A DNA stretch of 64,000 bases from Alphaproteobacteria bacterium (GTDB taxonomy: Bacteria > Pseudomonadota > Alphaproteobacteria > UBA9655). The position numbers were made by a program, and so were the translations under genes. The notes below the pieces were generated by a model that was not told the origin of the DNA, did no database searches, and was given only the letters and a program-made list of their open reading frames with translations. Positions 56,725 through 64,000 of this stretch are shown here, one piece after another (the stretch's first letter is position 1; the number at the start of each line of letters is the position of its first letter). The DNA lies in NCBI GenBank assembly GCA_027459605.1, contig DAIDHR010000004.1, positions 3,886-67,885 on the forward strand, read 5' to 3'.

Positions 56725-57494
56725 GCGGCTAATTTCCCTTCTTGAGCTAAGATTTCTCTCGCGAGTTCGAGATAGGCTTGAGACCCTAGACATTTTAAAT
56801 CATATACGACAGCAGGCTTGCCAAAGGATGGGGCTTCAGCAACCCGAACATTTCGGGGAATTTTTGTTTCATAAACTTTATCCTTTAAATGATGCCTCAC
56901 ATCATTGGCCACCTGTGTACTTAAGCTACTGCGATTATCAAACATCGTTAAGACGACCCCTTGAAGGGTTAGACGAGAGTTTAGGTGTTTACGAACTTGG
57001 TTAATAGTATAAAGAATTTGGCTAAGCCCCTCCAAAGCATAAAACTCACATTGTAAAGGAATAAGGACTTGGTCCGCTGCAACAAGAGCATTCAAGGTTA
57101 AAAGCCCTAAGGAGGGAGGGCAATCAATAAAGATGAAATCAAAAGATTCTATCCTTTTGACAACAGTTGAGAGCAGTTTTTCTCTGTCCTTAAGTCCGAC
57201 GAGTTCAATCTCTGCTCCTGAAAGGTGAAGACTTGCAGGCATTAAATAAAGATTAGGAATAGGTGTTTTTTGATAAGCATACTCTGGACTCACCTCACCA
57301 ATCAGGGCCTCGTAACTCCCTATAAGTTTCCTTTTTTCACTCACCCCAAGGCCTGTTGTTGCATTCCCTTGGGGATCAAAATCGATCACCAGAATTTTTT
57401 TGCCAATTGTTGAAAAGGCCGTTGCAAGATTTAAGGTCGTTGTTGTTTTTCCAACTCCTCCCTTTTGATTAACAACGGCAATAACTTTAGACAT
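56721..57494 (-). CDS. parA: Chromosome partitioning ATPase ParA
   Basis: Deviant Walker A NQKGGVGKTTT, plus the DCPPSL motif. Confidence 0.95.
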   Translation of the reverse strand: MSKVIAVVNQKGGVGKTTTTLNLATAFSTIGKKILVIDFDPQGNATTGLGVSEKRKLIGSYEALIGEVSPEYAYQKTPIPNLYLMPASLHLSGAEIELVGLKDREKLLSTVVKRIESFDFIFIDCPPSLGLLTLNALVAADQVLIPLQCEFYALEGLSQILYTINQVRKHLNSRLTLQGVVLTMFDNRSSLSTQVANDVRHHLKDKVYETKIPRNVRVAEAPSFGKPAVVYDLKCLGSQAYLELAREILAQEGKLAA

Positions 57495-58098
57495 TTTGGA
57501 AAATCCTTTTTGGGTGTTCTATTTTTAAAATTCTGGCCCTAGAATCCGTTAAACTAGGAAAAATTTCAAGGTCAAATTCCCACTTTTTTTGAGCCTCCAA
57601 AATCTCTTTTTCAACGTCTTTTCCCTTTAAAAAAAGCAATGTCGTTGTTTGTTTCATTAAAGGAAACGCATACTCTAAAAGGAGACGAAGGGGGGCTAGC
57701 CCCCTTGCCGTAATCACATCTCCTTTGATCTTTTCACTTATGGATTCGATTCTTTCCCTTAGGATCGTTACATCTACTTTTGTTTCACGTGAAACATTTT
57801 CTAAAAAAAGACACTTTTTTAAATCGGATTCGACAAGGCTAACCTTTAATTGTTCAGGCTTCGCTATGACTAAAACAAGCCCTGGAAAGCCTGCCCCACT
57901 TCCTAAATCAATAAGGGTTTCTGCCTTTTCGGATATGTAGGGGAGAAGCTGAAGAGAGTCTTGAAAATGCCGATCCCATAGGTCAGAGAGGGTCGAAGAA
58001 GAAACAAGATTGACTTTTTTTTGCCAGGTTTCCAAAAGATTTTTGTAAATTTTTAATCTTCTATACGCGAGAGGTGAAATCTCAATTAAATCCTTCAT
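57487..58098 (-). CDS. rsmG: 16S rRNA (guanine527-N7)-methyltransferase
   Basis: SAM motif DLGSGAGFPGLVL. Located immediately upstream of parA. Confidence 0.9.
   Translation of the reverse strand: MKDLIEISPLAYRRLKIYKNLLETWQKKVNLVSSSTLSDLWDRHFQDSLQLLPYISEKAETLIDLGSGAGFPGLVLVIAKPEQLKVSLVESDLKKCLFLENVSRETKVDVTILRERIESISEKIKGDVITARGLAPLRLLLEYAFPLMKQTTTLLFLKGKDVEKEILEAQKKWEFDLEIFPSLTDSRARILKIEHPKRIFQNV
57781..57796. other. parS centromere-like site (perfect), inside rsmG
   Basis: Exact TGTTTCACGTGAAACA. Confidence 0.9.
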
Positions 58099-58197
58099 TT
58101 GTCTTTATTTCTAGTTTTTAATGAATGGACGACCAGGGCTTTTAAGGTATCGTGATCAAAGTGGACTAAAAGAAATTTATCCGCTATTAAACAAAAA

Positions 58198-58213
58198 TGT
58201 TTCACGTGAAACA
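58198..58213. other. parS centromere-like site (perfect), rho-rsmG intergenic, core of a 26-bp palindrome 58193-58218
   Basis: The palindrome reads AAAAATGTTTCACGTGAAACATTTTT and begins 4 nt after the rho stop codon. Confidence 0.9.
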
Positions 58214-58221
58214 TTTTTAGA

Positions 58222-59481
58222 CTACGTATTCATAGACTCAAAAAATTCAGCGTTATTCTTTGTATTTCGAAGTTTTTCAAGAAGGAATTCCATCCCATCT
58301 GTTGTCCCCATGGGGATTAGAACGCGCCTTAAGACCCACATTTTTGAAAGAAGATCTTTTTCCATCAACATTTCTTCTTTTCGGGTTCCGGACTTCGTAA
58401 TATCAATAGCAGGGAATGTTCGCTTATCTGAAAGTTTTCGATCAAGGACAATTTCAGCATTTCCTGTTCCTTTAAATTCCTCAAAAATGACTTCATCCAT
58501 CCGAGAGCCTGTATCAACCAAGGCCGTTGAAATAATTGTCAGGGAGCCTCCTTCTTCGATATTGCGCGCCGCCCCAAAAAACCTTTTCGGCCGTTGAAGA
58601 GCATTTGCATCAACCCCACCCGTAAGGACTTTCCCCGATGAAGGAACGACGGTATTATATGCGCGAGCAAGCCGAGTTATGTTGTCTAAAAGAATAACGA
58701 CATCTTTTTTGAGTTCAACGAGACGTTTTGCTTTCTCAATGACCATTTCCGCGACTTGAACATGTCTTGTGGCTGGCTCATCAAAGGTTGAGCTAATGAC
58801 TTCTCCTTTTACAGAGCGCGCCATATCTGTGACTTCTTCAGGACGCTCATCAATGAGAAGAACGATTAAAGTGACCTCGGGGTGATTTATGGCAATTGAA
58901 TGGGCAATATTCTGCATCATGACTGTTTTACCAGATCGCGGAGGAGCCACAATGAGGGCTCGCTGCCCCTTTCCGATAGGAGCAACAAGCTCGATAACCC
59001 GAGGCGTTAGATCTTTATGGGTGGGGTCATCGATTTCAAGTTTGATTTTCTCATCAGGATAAAGAGGGGTAAGGTTATCGAAATTAAGGCGGTGTTTTAT
59101 CGTATCCGGAGCTTCACCATTAATTGTGTTGACTTTAAGTAAAGCAAAGTACCTCTCTCCATCTTTGGGAGCCCTGATTTCACCTTCTACCGTATCTCCT
59201 GTCCGCAAGCCAAATTTACGGACCTGACTTGGAGAAACATAGATATCGTCAGGACCTGGTAAATAGTTAGCTTCAGGGGAGCGTAAAAAAGCAAAGCCAT
59301 CTTGCAAAATTTCAACAACTCCTCCGCCAAAGATGGCTTCTCCTTTTTCAGCCATTCGCTTCAGAATGCCAAACATCATATCTTGTTTGCGGAGGGTACT
59401 TGCATTTTCAATTTCAAGCTCTTCTGCTAGAGAGAGAAGCTCAACAGGGGATTTAGATTTTAAAGTCTTTAGATTCATCAA
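58222..59481 (-). CDS. rho: Transcription termination factor Rho
   Basis: The RNA-binding domain contains FGFLR-like GFAFLR. Walker A is PPRSGKT. Length is 419 aa. Confidence 0.97.
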   Translation of the reverse strand: MMNLKTLKSKSPVELLSLAEELEIENASTLRKQDMMFGILKRMAEKGEAIFGGGVVEILQDGFAFLRSPEANYLPGPDDIYVSPSQVRKFGLRTGDTVEGEIRAPKDGERYFALLKVNTINGEAPDTIKHRLNFDNLTPLYPDEKIKLEIDDPTHKDLTPRVIELVAPIGKGQRALIVAPPRSGKTVMMQNIAHSIAINHPEVTLIVLLIDERPEEVTDMARSVKGEVISSTFDEPATRHVQVAEMVIEKAKRLVELKKDVVILLDNITRLARAYNTVVPSSGKVLTGGVDANALQRPKRFFGAARNIEEGGSLTIISTALVDTGSRMDEVIFEEFKGTGNAEIVLDRKLSDKRTFPAIDITKSGTRKEEMLMEKDLLSKMWVLRRVLIPMGTTDGMEFLLEKLRNTKNNAEFFESMNT

Positions 59482-59552
59482 TTTTCACTGGGAATTGGAA
59501 TAAGGATGGAATTATCAATGGCAAATTTTTTTAAGTAATTCAAGCATTATTT

Positions 59553-59990
59553 TCAAGATGGTTTTAAAACAGCAAGGAAAATGATCAAAATGACGATCAA
59601 GAAGGGCATTTCACTTAAAAATCGAAGAGTGTTTTTTGAGAGAGTCGGATATTTTCCTTTGGAATAGCCTTTTGCAATCAAGGAAAAATACCCATGAAAT
59701 CCTGTCAAAATAAGAACGAGGGTCAACTTCATATGAAACCACGGGGCGGCCCATGCATTTGTCATATAGGCCAAAAGGAGTCCAAAAACAAAGGTTAGTA
59801 TAAGTGTAGGAAGCATAATAATTTTTAAAAGACCTCGCTCCATTTTACAAAATGTTTCATAAGGTTTTGTCCCAAATTCAAATTCCATATGATGTATAAA
59901 AAAACGGGGTAAATATAAAAGACCTGCAACCCAAGCAATAACAGCAATCAAATGGAGGGCTTTAAGGGTTAAATAATACTCAGAAAGCAT
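59553..59990 (-). CDS. hemJ: Protoporphyrinogen IX oxidase HemJ (UPF0093 family)
   Basis: LKALHLIAVIAWVAGLLYLPRFFIHH. 4-TM profile. Located next to hemH and hemE. Confidence 0.8.
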   Translation of the reverse strand: MLSEYYLTLKALHLIAVIAWVAGLLYLPRFFIHHMEFEFGTKPYETFCKMERGLLKIIMLPTLILTFVFGLLLAYMTNAWAAPWFHMKLTLVLILTGFHGYFSLIAKGYSKGKYPTLSKNTLRFLSEMPFLIVILIIFLAVLKPS

Positions 59991-60946
59991 CGTGTTTCTC
60001 CTTTCACTAAATGGGCAAGCCCCTTGATAAAAGAGGGATGGGTTTGAACAGTTTCAACCCGATGGTAGGAGGGGCACCCTTCCTGAAGGGCAAGCTTACG
60101 ATAGATAATGTCAAGTTCCACAAGTGTTTCAGAATGTTCAGACACAAAAGAAATAGGAACCACAACAAGGGGGCGCTTTTCTTGAGCAGCTTTTTTAATT
60201 TCATCTTCTATTAGGGGAGTTATCCACTTCAAGGGTCCCACCCGACTCTGATAACATAAGACTGAATCGAGGGAGTTAACTCCTAGCTTTTCAATAAGCT
60301 TTTTAGCCGTTTGCTCCACGTGATGCTGATAAGGATCTCCCTTTTTTACAATTTTTTCAGGAAGTCCATGGGCTGTTAATAAAACACGAGGGTTTCCCAC
60401 TATCTTCGCTTCCCTATACTTGGTTAAGGTAAGCTCCTTGATAGCCTCTAAAAAACCATCTTCAGTTGGATAACTCCAAATATAACGTGTTGGGATGGTT
60501 AAATTCTGTGACGCCTTTTTCCATTCCTTAAAGGAGGATTGAGTTGTTGTCGTGGAATACTGAGGATACAGAGGAAGAAGAAGGATTTCATCAGGATTAT
60601 AAGCCTTAACCTCCTCCACCGTTTCTTGAATCATGGGAGAAGAATATCGCATAGCAATAAAAACACGAGAGCTATCTCCCAGCTCCTCTTCTAAAGCAGC
60701 AGCTTGTGCTTTTGTGTTTTTTAAGATGGGGGACCCCCCTCCTAAGTGACCATAAATAATACGTGCCTTTTTAAGCCGTCCTCTCGAAATGACCTGTGCC
60801 AATAGATACCGGAGTGGCCCGGGAAGAGTTACCATGGCTGGATCATAAAATAGATTGAAAAGAAAGGGTCTTATTTCCTCAAAAGAGGAAGGACCGCCTA
60901 AATTAAGGAGAACAATGGCTTTCTTCACAGGAACGATCGAACCCAT
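59969..60946 (-). CDS. hemH: Ferrochelatase
   Basis: Contains LLNLGGP, PLYPQYS and the SAHGLP-like TAHGLPEK motif. Confidence 0.93.
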   Translation of the reverse strand: MGSIVPVKKAIVLLNLGGPSSFEEIRPFLFNLFYDPAMVTLPGPLRYLLAQVISRGRLKKARIIYGHLGGGSPILKNTKAQAAALEEELGDSSRVFIAMRYSSPMIQETVEEVKAYNPDEILLLPLYPQYSTTTTQSSFKEWKKASQNLTIPTRYIWSYPTEDGFLEAIKELTLTKYREAKIVGNPRVLLTAHGLPEKIVKKGDPYQHHVEQTAKKLIEKLGVNSLDSVLCYQSRVGPLKWITPLIEDEIKKAAQEKRPLVVVPISFVSEHSETLVELDIIYRKLALQEGCPSYHRVETVQTHPSFIKGLAHLVKGETRCFLSII

Positions 60947-61950
60947 TTAATACACTCTTCTACATGAGGTATGGGCGTTTGAGGAAGAATCCCATGACCT
61001 AAATTAAAAATGTAAGGCCGATCTCCCATCTGTGCATGGATGACCTCACACTCTCTTTTCAAAGAATCTCCCCCCGCAACCAATGCAAGAGGATCCAAAT
61101 TCCCCTGTAATATCAATTGAGTAGGAAGAGTTTGCGAGGCCCAAGAAAGAGGAATGGAAGAATCTAAACTAACTCCAGAAACACCCGATAATTGCCCATA
61201 AGTCACCACATGAGGTCCCACCCCTTTTGGAAAACCAAGAATGGGAAGATGGGGAGCGTAGTCTTTAACGCAGCGTATGATCTGTTGAGTCGGCTTTAAA
61301 ATCCATTTGTCAAAATGACTTGCGGGGCAAAGACCAGCCCATGTATCAAAAAGTTGAATCACGTCTACCCCTGCTTTGATTTGCTCGATTAGATGGGTAG
61401 AAACGGCTTGGGTCAAAAAGCTTAACAAATGTAAGAAGCAGTCCTCTTGCTCAAAAGCCTGTTTTTTCGCCTTTGCAAAATCACGACTTCCTTCCCCTTC
61501 CAACATATAAAGAGCAAGTGTCCACGGAGTCCCAGAAAATCCTATGAGAGCTTTCGATAAAGACAAAGTCTCCCTTGTACCCTGAATAGCTTCATAAACA
61601 GGGGCCAATCTTGTTAAAAATCTATCCAAGGATAGCTCCTTTTGAAAAGAACAGAGCGATAAGGAACTTAAAACTGGACCTTTTCCTTCTTGAAAAGAAA
61701 CCTTTTGGCCCAAGGCATCAGGAATGACCAATATGTCTGAAAATATAATTGCAGCATCAAAGTCAAAGCGGTGAAGGGGTTGAAGTGTAACTTCAACAAC
61801 TTTTTCCGGAGTATAACAAAAATCTAGGAATGTTTTAAAGGTGTTTCGCACCTGCCTATATTCAGGGAGATACCGACCAGCCTGACGCATAAACCAAATG
61901 GGAGGACTTGAATCCTTTTTTCCGTTAAAAAGATCCATCAGCTTTGACAT
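60925..61950 (-). CDS. hemE: Uroporphyrinogen decarboxylase
   Basis: PIWFMRQAGRYLPEY signature at the N-terminus. Confidence 0.95.
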   Translation of the reverse strand: MSKLMDLFNGKKDSSPPIWFMRQAGRYLPEYRQVRNTFKTFLDFCYTPEKVVEVTLQPLHRFDFDAAIIFSDILVIPDALGQKVSFQEGKGPVLSSLSLCSFQKELSLDRFLTRLAPVYEAIQGTRETLSLSKALIGFSGTPWTLALYMLEGEGSRDFAKAKKQAFEQEDCFLHLLSFLTQAVSTHLIEQIKAGVDVIQLFDTWAGLCPASHFDKWILKPTQQIIRCVKDYAPHLPILGFPKGVGPHVVTYGQLSGVSGVSLDSSIPLSWASQTLPTQLILQGNLDPLALVAGGDSLKRECEVIHAQMGDRPYIFNLGHGILPQTPIPHVEECIKWVRSFL

Positions 61951-62352
61951 CGTGATCTACTTCTTTCTTTATAAATTTAAAAATTATAAAAAGGATGTTG
62001 TTGTTGTATATCAGCTAAATGATGTGGATAAATCCTTATCTCGTATTTGTTCACAACTTTAAGTTTTCCACAACCCCTGTTTTGATGGAGACTGAATTTT
62101 GTGGAAACCTTTAAAAATTGGCGTATTCTAAATTCGTTAGTCCTTTCAAAGATAAGGATAATTCTGTGGATAGATTGAAGGAAAAAAAGACAAAGCTAAA
62201 TTATCAACATCTTGTTAAAAATGAAATCACAAGTGGATTGTTTTGGCGATACTTTTTTCTTATCCCCAGGCTAATTCTTTTTGAGGCATTTTCATTTTTT
62301 ATCCCCAACCAACCTACATTTTATACATAAAAGGCTAAAAAGATGTGGATAT
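61951..62352. other. Candidate chromosomal replication origin (oriC): DnaA-box cluster between divergent hemE and coaE
   Basis: One perfect TGTGGATAA at 62023-62031 and six boxes with one mismatch. An AT-rich tract lies next to hemE. Details are in the findings. Confidence 0.65.
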
Positions 62353-63005
62353 TAGGAATAACAGGAGGGATAGGGGCTGGTAAGTCAACTCTTTCCAAGT
62401 CCTTGCAAGAGATGGGCATTCCCGTCCATTCAGCTGATCAAGAGATACATAATTTGATCGATCATGATCTTGCTATTCAAGAAAAAATACGATCCTTTTG
62501 TCCTCAAGCCTTTGTTGAAGGTAAAATTGATAGATCCATTTTGGGAGAATGGGCTACATCTTCTGAAAACGGTTTATCTCGTCTAGAGAAAATCCTCTTT
62601 CCTCATCTTGCTAAACGTCAAAAGAAGTTTCTTCAATATTCTCAAAATAAAAAGGATCCAATTGTTGCACTTGATATCCCCCTTCTTTTTGAAGTTGGAT
62701 TAGATAAATATTGCCACTTTGTTATACTTGCGTCGACCCCCCATGATGTACGAAAAAAGAGGGTTCTCGAAAGATCAGGAATGACACCCCAAAAGCTTAA
62801 AGTTTTTGAATCTCATCAACTCAAAGAAGAGGATAAAAGAAAAAAATCCGATGTCATCATTGATTGTAGCGGAGACAAAGGAAATGCTTTAAGAAAACTT
62901 AAAGAAACCGTAAAATGCCTTATGCAGAAAGAATCCCCCAAGTGGGATGGCAAATGGCCAACAAACTTACAAAGGAAGCTCCATGGTTCGAGAAATCGTC
63001 CTTGA
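62343..63005 (+). CDS. coaE: Dephospho-CoA kinase
   Basis: ILGITGGIGAGKST P-loop at the N-terminus. Sits in the conserved coaE-dnaQ pair. Confidence 0.88.
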   Translation: MWILGITGGIGAGKSTLSKSLQEMGIPVHSADQEIHNLIDHDLAIQEKIRSFCPQAFVEGKIDRSILGEWATSSENGLSRLEKILFPHLAKRQKKFLQYSQNKKDPIVALDIPLLFEVGLDKYCHFVILASTPHDVRKKRVLERSGMTPQKLKVFESHQLKEEDKRKKSDVIIDCSGDKGNALRKLKETVKCLMQKESPKWDGKWPTNLQRKLHGSRNRP

Positions 63006-63660
63006 CACAGAAACAACTGGACTTGACCCAGCTCAAGGCCACCGCCTTGTTGAAATTGGGTGTCTTGAACTCATTAATCATATTCCTTCGGGCCGAGTTT
63101 TTCACACATATATTAATCCCGAGCGGGAGGTGCCGGATGATGCTTTTGCTGTTCACGGCCTTTCCTATGACTTCTTAAAAAATCATCCTCCTTTTAAAGA
63201 TATCAGTTCGTTCTTCTTGGACTTCGTTGAGGATATGCCCCTTGTTATCCATAATGCAAAATTTGATATGAGGTTTATTAATGCGGAATTAAGGAACAAC
63301 AACCTTTCTGAAATTCCTTTTACAAGGGCCGTTGACACGCTTTCCATGGCCCGGCAAAAGTTTCCAGGGTCACCTGCAAGCCTTGATGCACTTTGTAAAA
63401 GATTTGGTGTTGATAACAAGGCGCGAGAAAAACACGGTGCTCTTCTAGATGCTGAACTTCTTGCTCAAGTTTATTTAGAACTGATCGGAGGAAAACAGCC
63501 TAGCCTTACTCTTGACTTTACGTCGACGACAAAAGATGTTGTTGGGCAAAGGGAACAAAAACAATATCGTCCCCCTCGACCTCACTTAGCTACAGAGGAA
63601 GAACTTGAATTGCATAAGGACTTAATAGCCAGCTTAAATAATCCCCTCTGGAGTTCATAA
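62983..63660 (+). CDS. dnaQ: DNA polymerase III subunit epsilon (3'-5' exonuclease)
   Basis: ExoI IVLDTETTG, ExoII IHNAKFDMRF and ExoIII HGALLDAELLAQVY. Start taken at ATG 62983. Confidence 0.92.
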   Translation: MVREIVLDTETTGLDPAQGHRLVEIGCLELINHIPSGRVFHTYINPEREVPDDAFAVHGLSYDFLKNHPPFKDISSFFLDFVEDMPLVIHNAKFDMRFINAELRNNNLSEIPFTRAVDTLSMARQKFPGSPASLDALCKRFGVDNKAREKHGALLDAELLAQVYLELIGGKQPSLTLDFTSTTKDVVGQREQKQYRPPRPHLATEEELELHKDLIASLNNPLWSS

Positions 63661-63763
63661 AATTTATGAATAAAACTTGAGCAGTTTATATTTATTTATT
63701 ATCATAATTTCTTAAAATAAGCAAATTTTTTAATTGCCGATCTGAGCACACAGCTGAATTACG

Positions 63764-64000
63764 TTATTTTTCTTGTTGAGAACAAGAAATGCCCTTTTCC
63801 AAAAGAAGGGCTTGAAGCTCACCGGTTTGATACATCTCTCGAGTAATATCACACCCGCCAATAAATTCACCTTTAATATATAATTGAGGGATGGTCGGCC
63901 AGTTTGTGAAAGCTTTAATCCCTTCCCGAAGCTCCATATCCTGAAGAACATCGACAGCTTTAAAATCAATCCCAAGTTTTTTTAAAATTTGAACAACAGT
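63764..64000 (-). CDS. grxD: Monothiol glutaredoxin (Grx4 family), N-terminus outside the window
   Basis: Reverse translation gives [66 protein letters not shown]. The frame stays open to base 64000. The track ORF 63730..63975 is in a different frame. Confidence 0.85.
   Translation of the reverse strand, partial: TVVQILKKLGIDFKAVDVLQDMELREGIKAFTNWPTIPQLYIKGEFIGGCDITREMYQTGELQALLLEKGISCSQQEK

Noticed and set aside
61951-62342. Track ORF 62118-62330 (70 aa, TTG start) inside the hemE-coaE gap. I also searched this gap for CtrA boxes (TTAA-N7-TTAA).
   Set aside because: The ORF has no SD, is Lys/Phe-rich from AT-rich DNA, and is filled with DnaA-box matches. It is better explained as oriC. No TTAA-N7-TTAA match was found, so no CtrA regulation is claimed.
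63730-63975. Track [14 protein letters not shown]... on the minus strand at the window end.
   Set aside because: A different minus-strand frame over the same bases encodes an unmistakable Grx4-type glutaredoxin that stays open to the window edge. The track ORF is therefore an out-of-frame artefact.
1-64000. Searched by eye for CRISPR arrays, rRNA genes, intact IS or transposase genes, prophage modules, toxin-antitoxin pairs and known defence-system signatures.
   Set aside because: None found. The only repeats are the parS palindromes and the two MITE-like copies. The small RHH protein at 43245-43460 has no toxin partner and matches the conserved fumC-adjacent RHH family.

Overview
This window is mostly housekeeping sequence from the origin-proximal part of a low-GC alphaproteobacterial chromosome. 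The taxonomic call is an inference from synteny, not a search result. The supporting gene order is leuS-lptE-holA, then parB-parA-rsmG, rho and hemJ-hemH-hemE on the minus strand, then a DnaA-box-rich gap, then coaE-dnaQ.

Coding content:
- Translation and tRNA/rRNA modification genes: cysS, gltX, leuS, tadA, rsmG and a TrmJ-like gene.
- Respiration and TCA genes: cydAB, ETF-QO and fumC.
- Redox genes: a DsbD-like protein, a peroxiredoxin, a CDGSH protein and grxD.
- Transport genes: an osmoprotectant ABC system, a YbhGFSR-like efflux system, LysE, and a BtuB-like receptor with a TonB protein.
- Also two porin/OMP genes, a tricorn-like protease, a sensor kinase and a c-di-GMP protein.

Features found by reading the DNA that the ORF track does not show:
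- tRNA-Gly(GCC), tRNA-Cys(GCA) and tRNA-Asn(GUU).
- A cobalamin riboswitch upstream of the TonB-dependent receptor.
- Three perfect and one near-perfect 16-bp parS palindromes (TGTTTCACGTGAAACA).
- A candidate oriC between hemE and coaE.
- Two copies of a MITE-like element with 19-bp terminal inverted repeats.
- A 39-aa cydX/DUF2474-like ORF after cydB.
- Partial genes at both window edges: algH/yqgE and grxD.
- Two genes that seem to need CTG start codons.

Accessory-looking content is limited:
- A secreted lysine-rich protein with an HNH/EndoVII-like LHH motif.
- An 807-aa serine-rich polytopic membrane protein beside tRNA-Gly.
- A decayed AT-rich islet at the 3' end of tRNA-Asn.
- A CHASE sensor separated from its PAS-GGDEF-EAL partner by a single in-frame TGA.

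I saw no rRNA, CRISPR array, intact transposase, prophage or recognisable defence system. I cannot point to a clear multi-gene novel system. The best leads are single orphan genes and the non-coding elements listed above.
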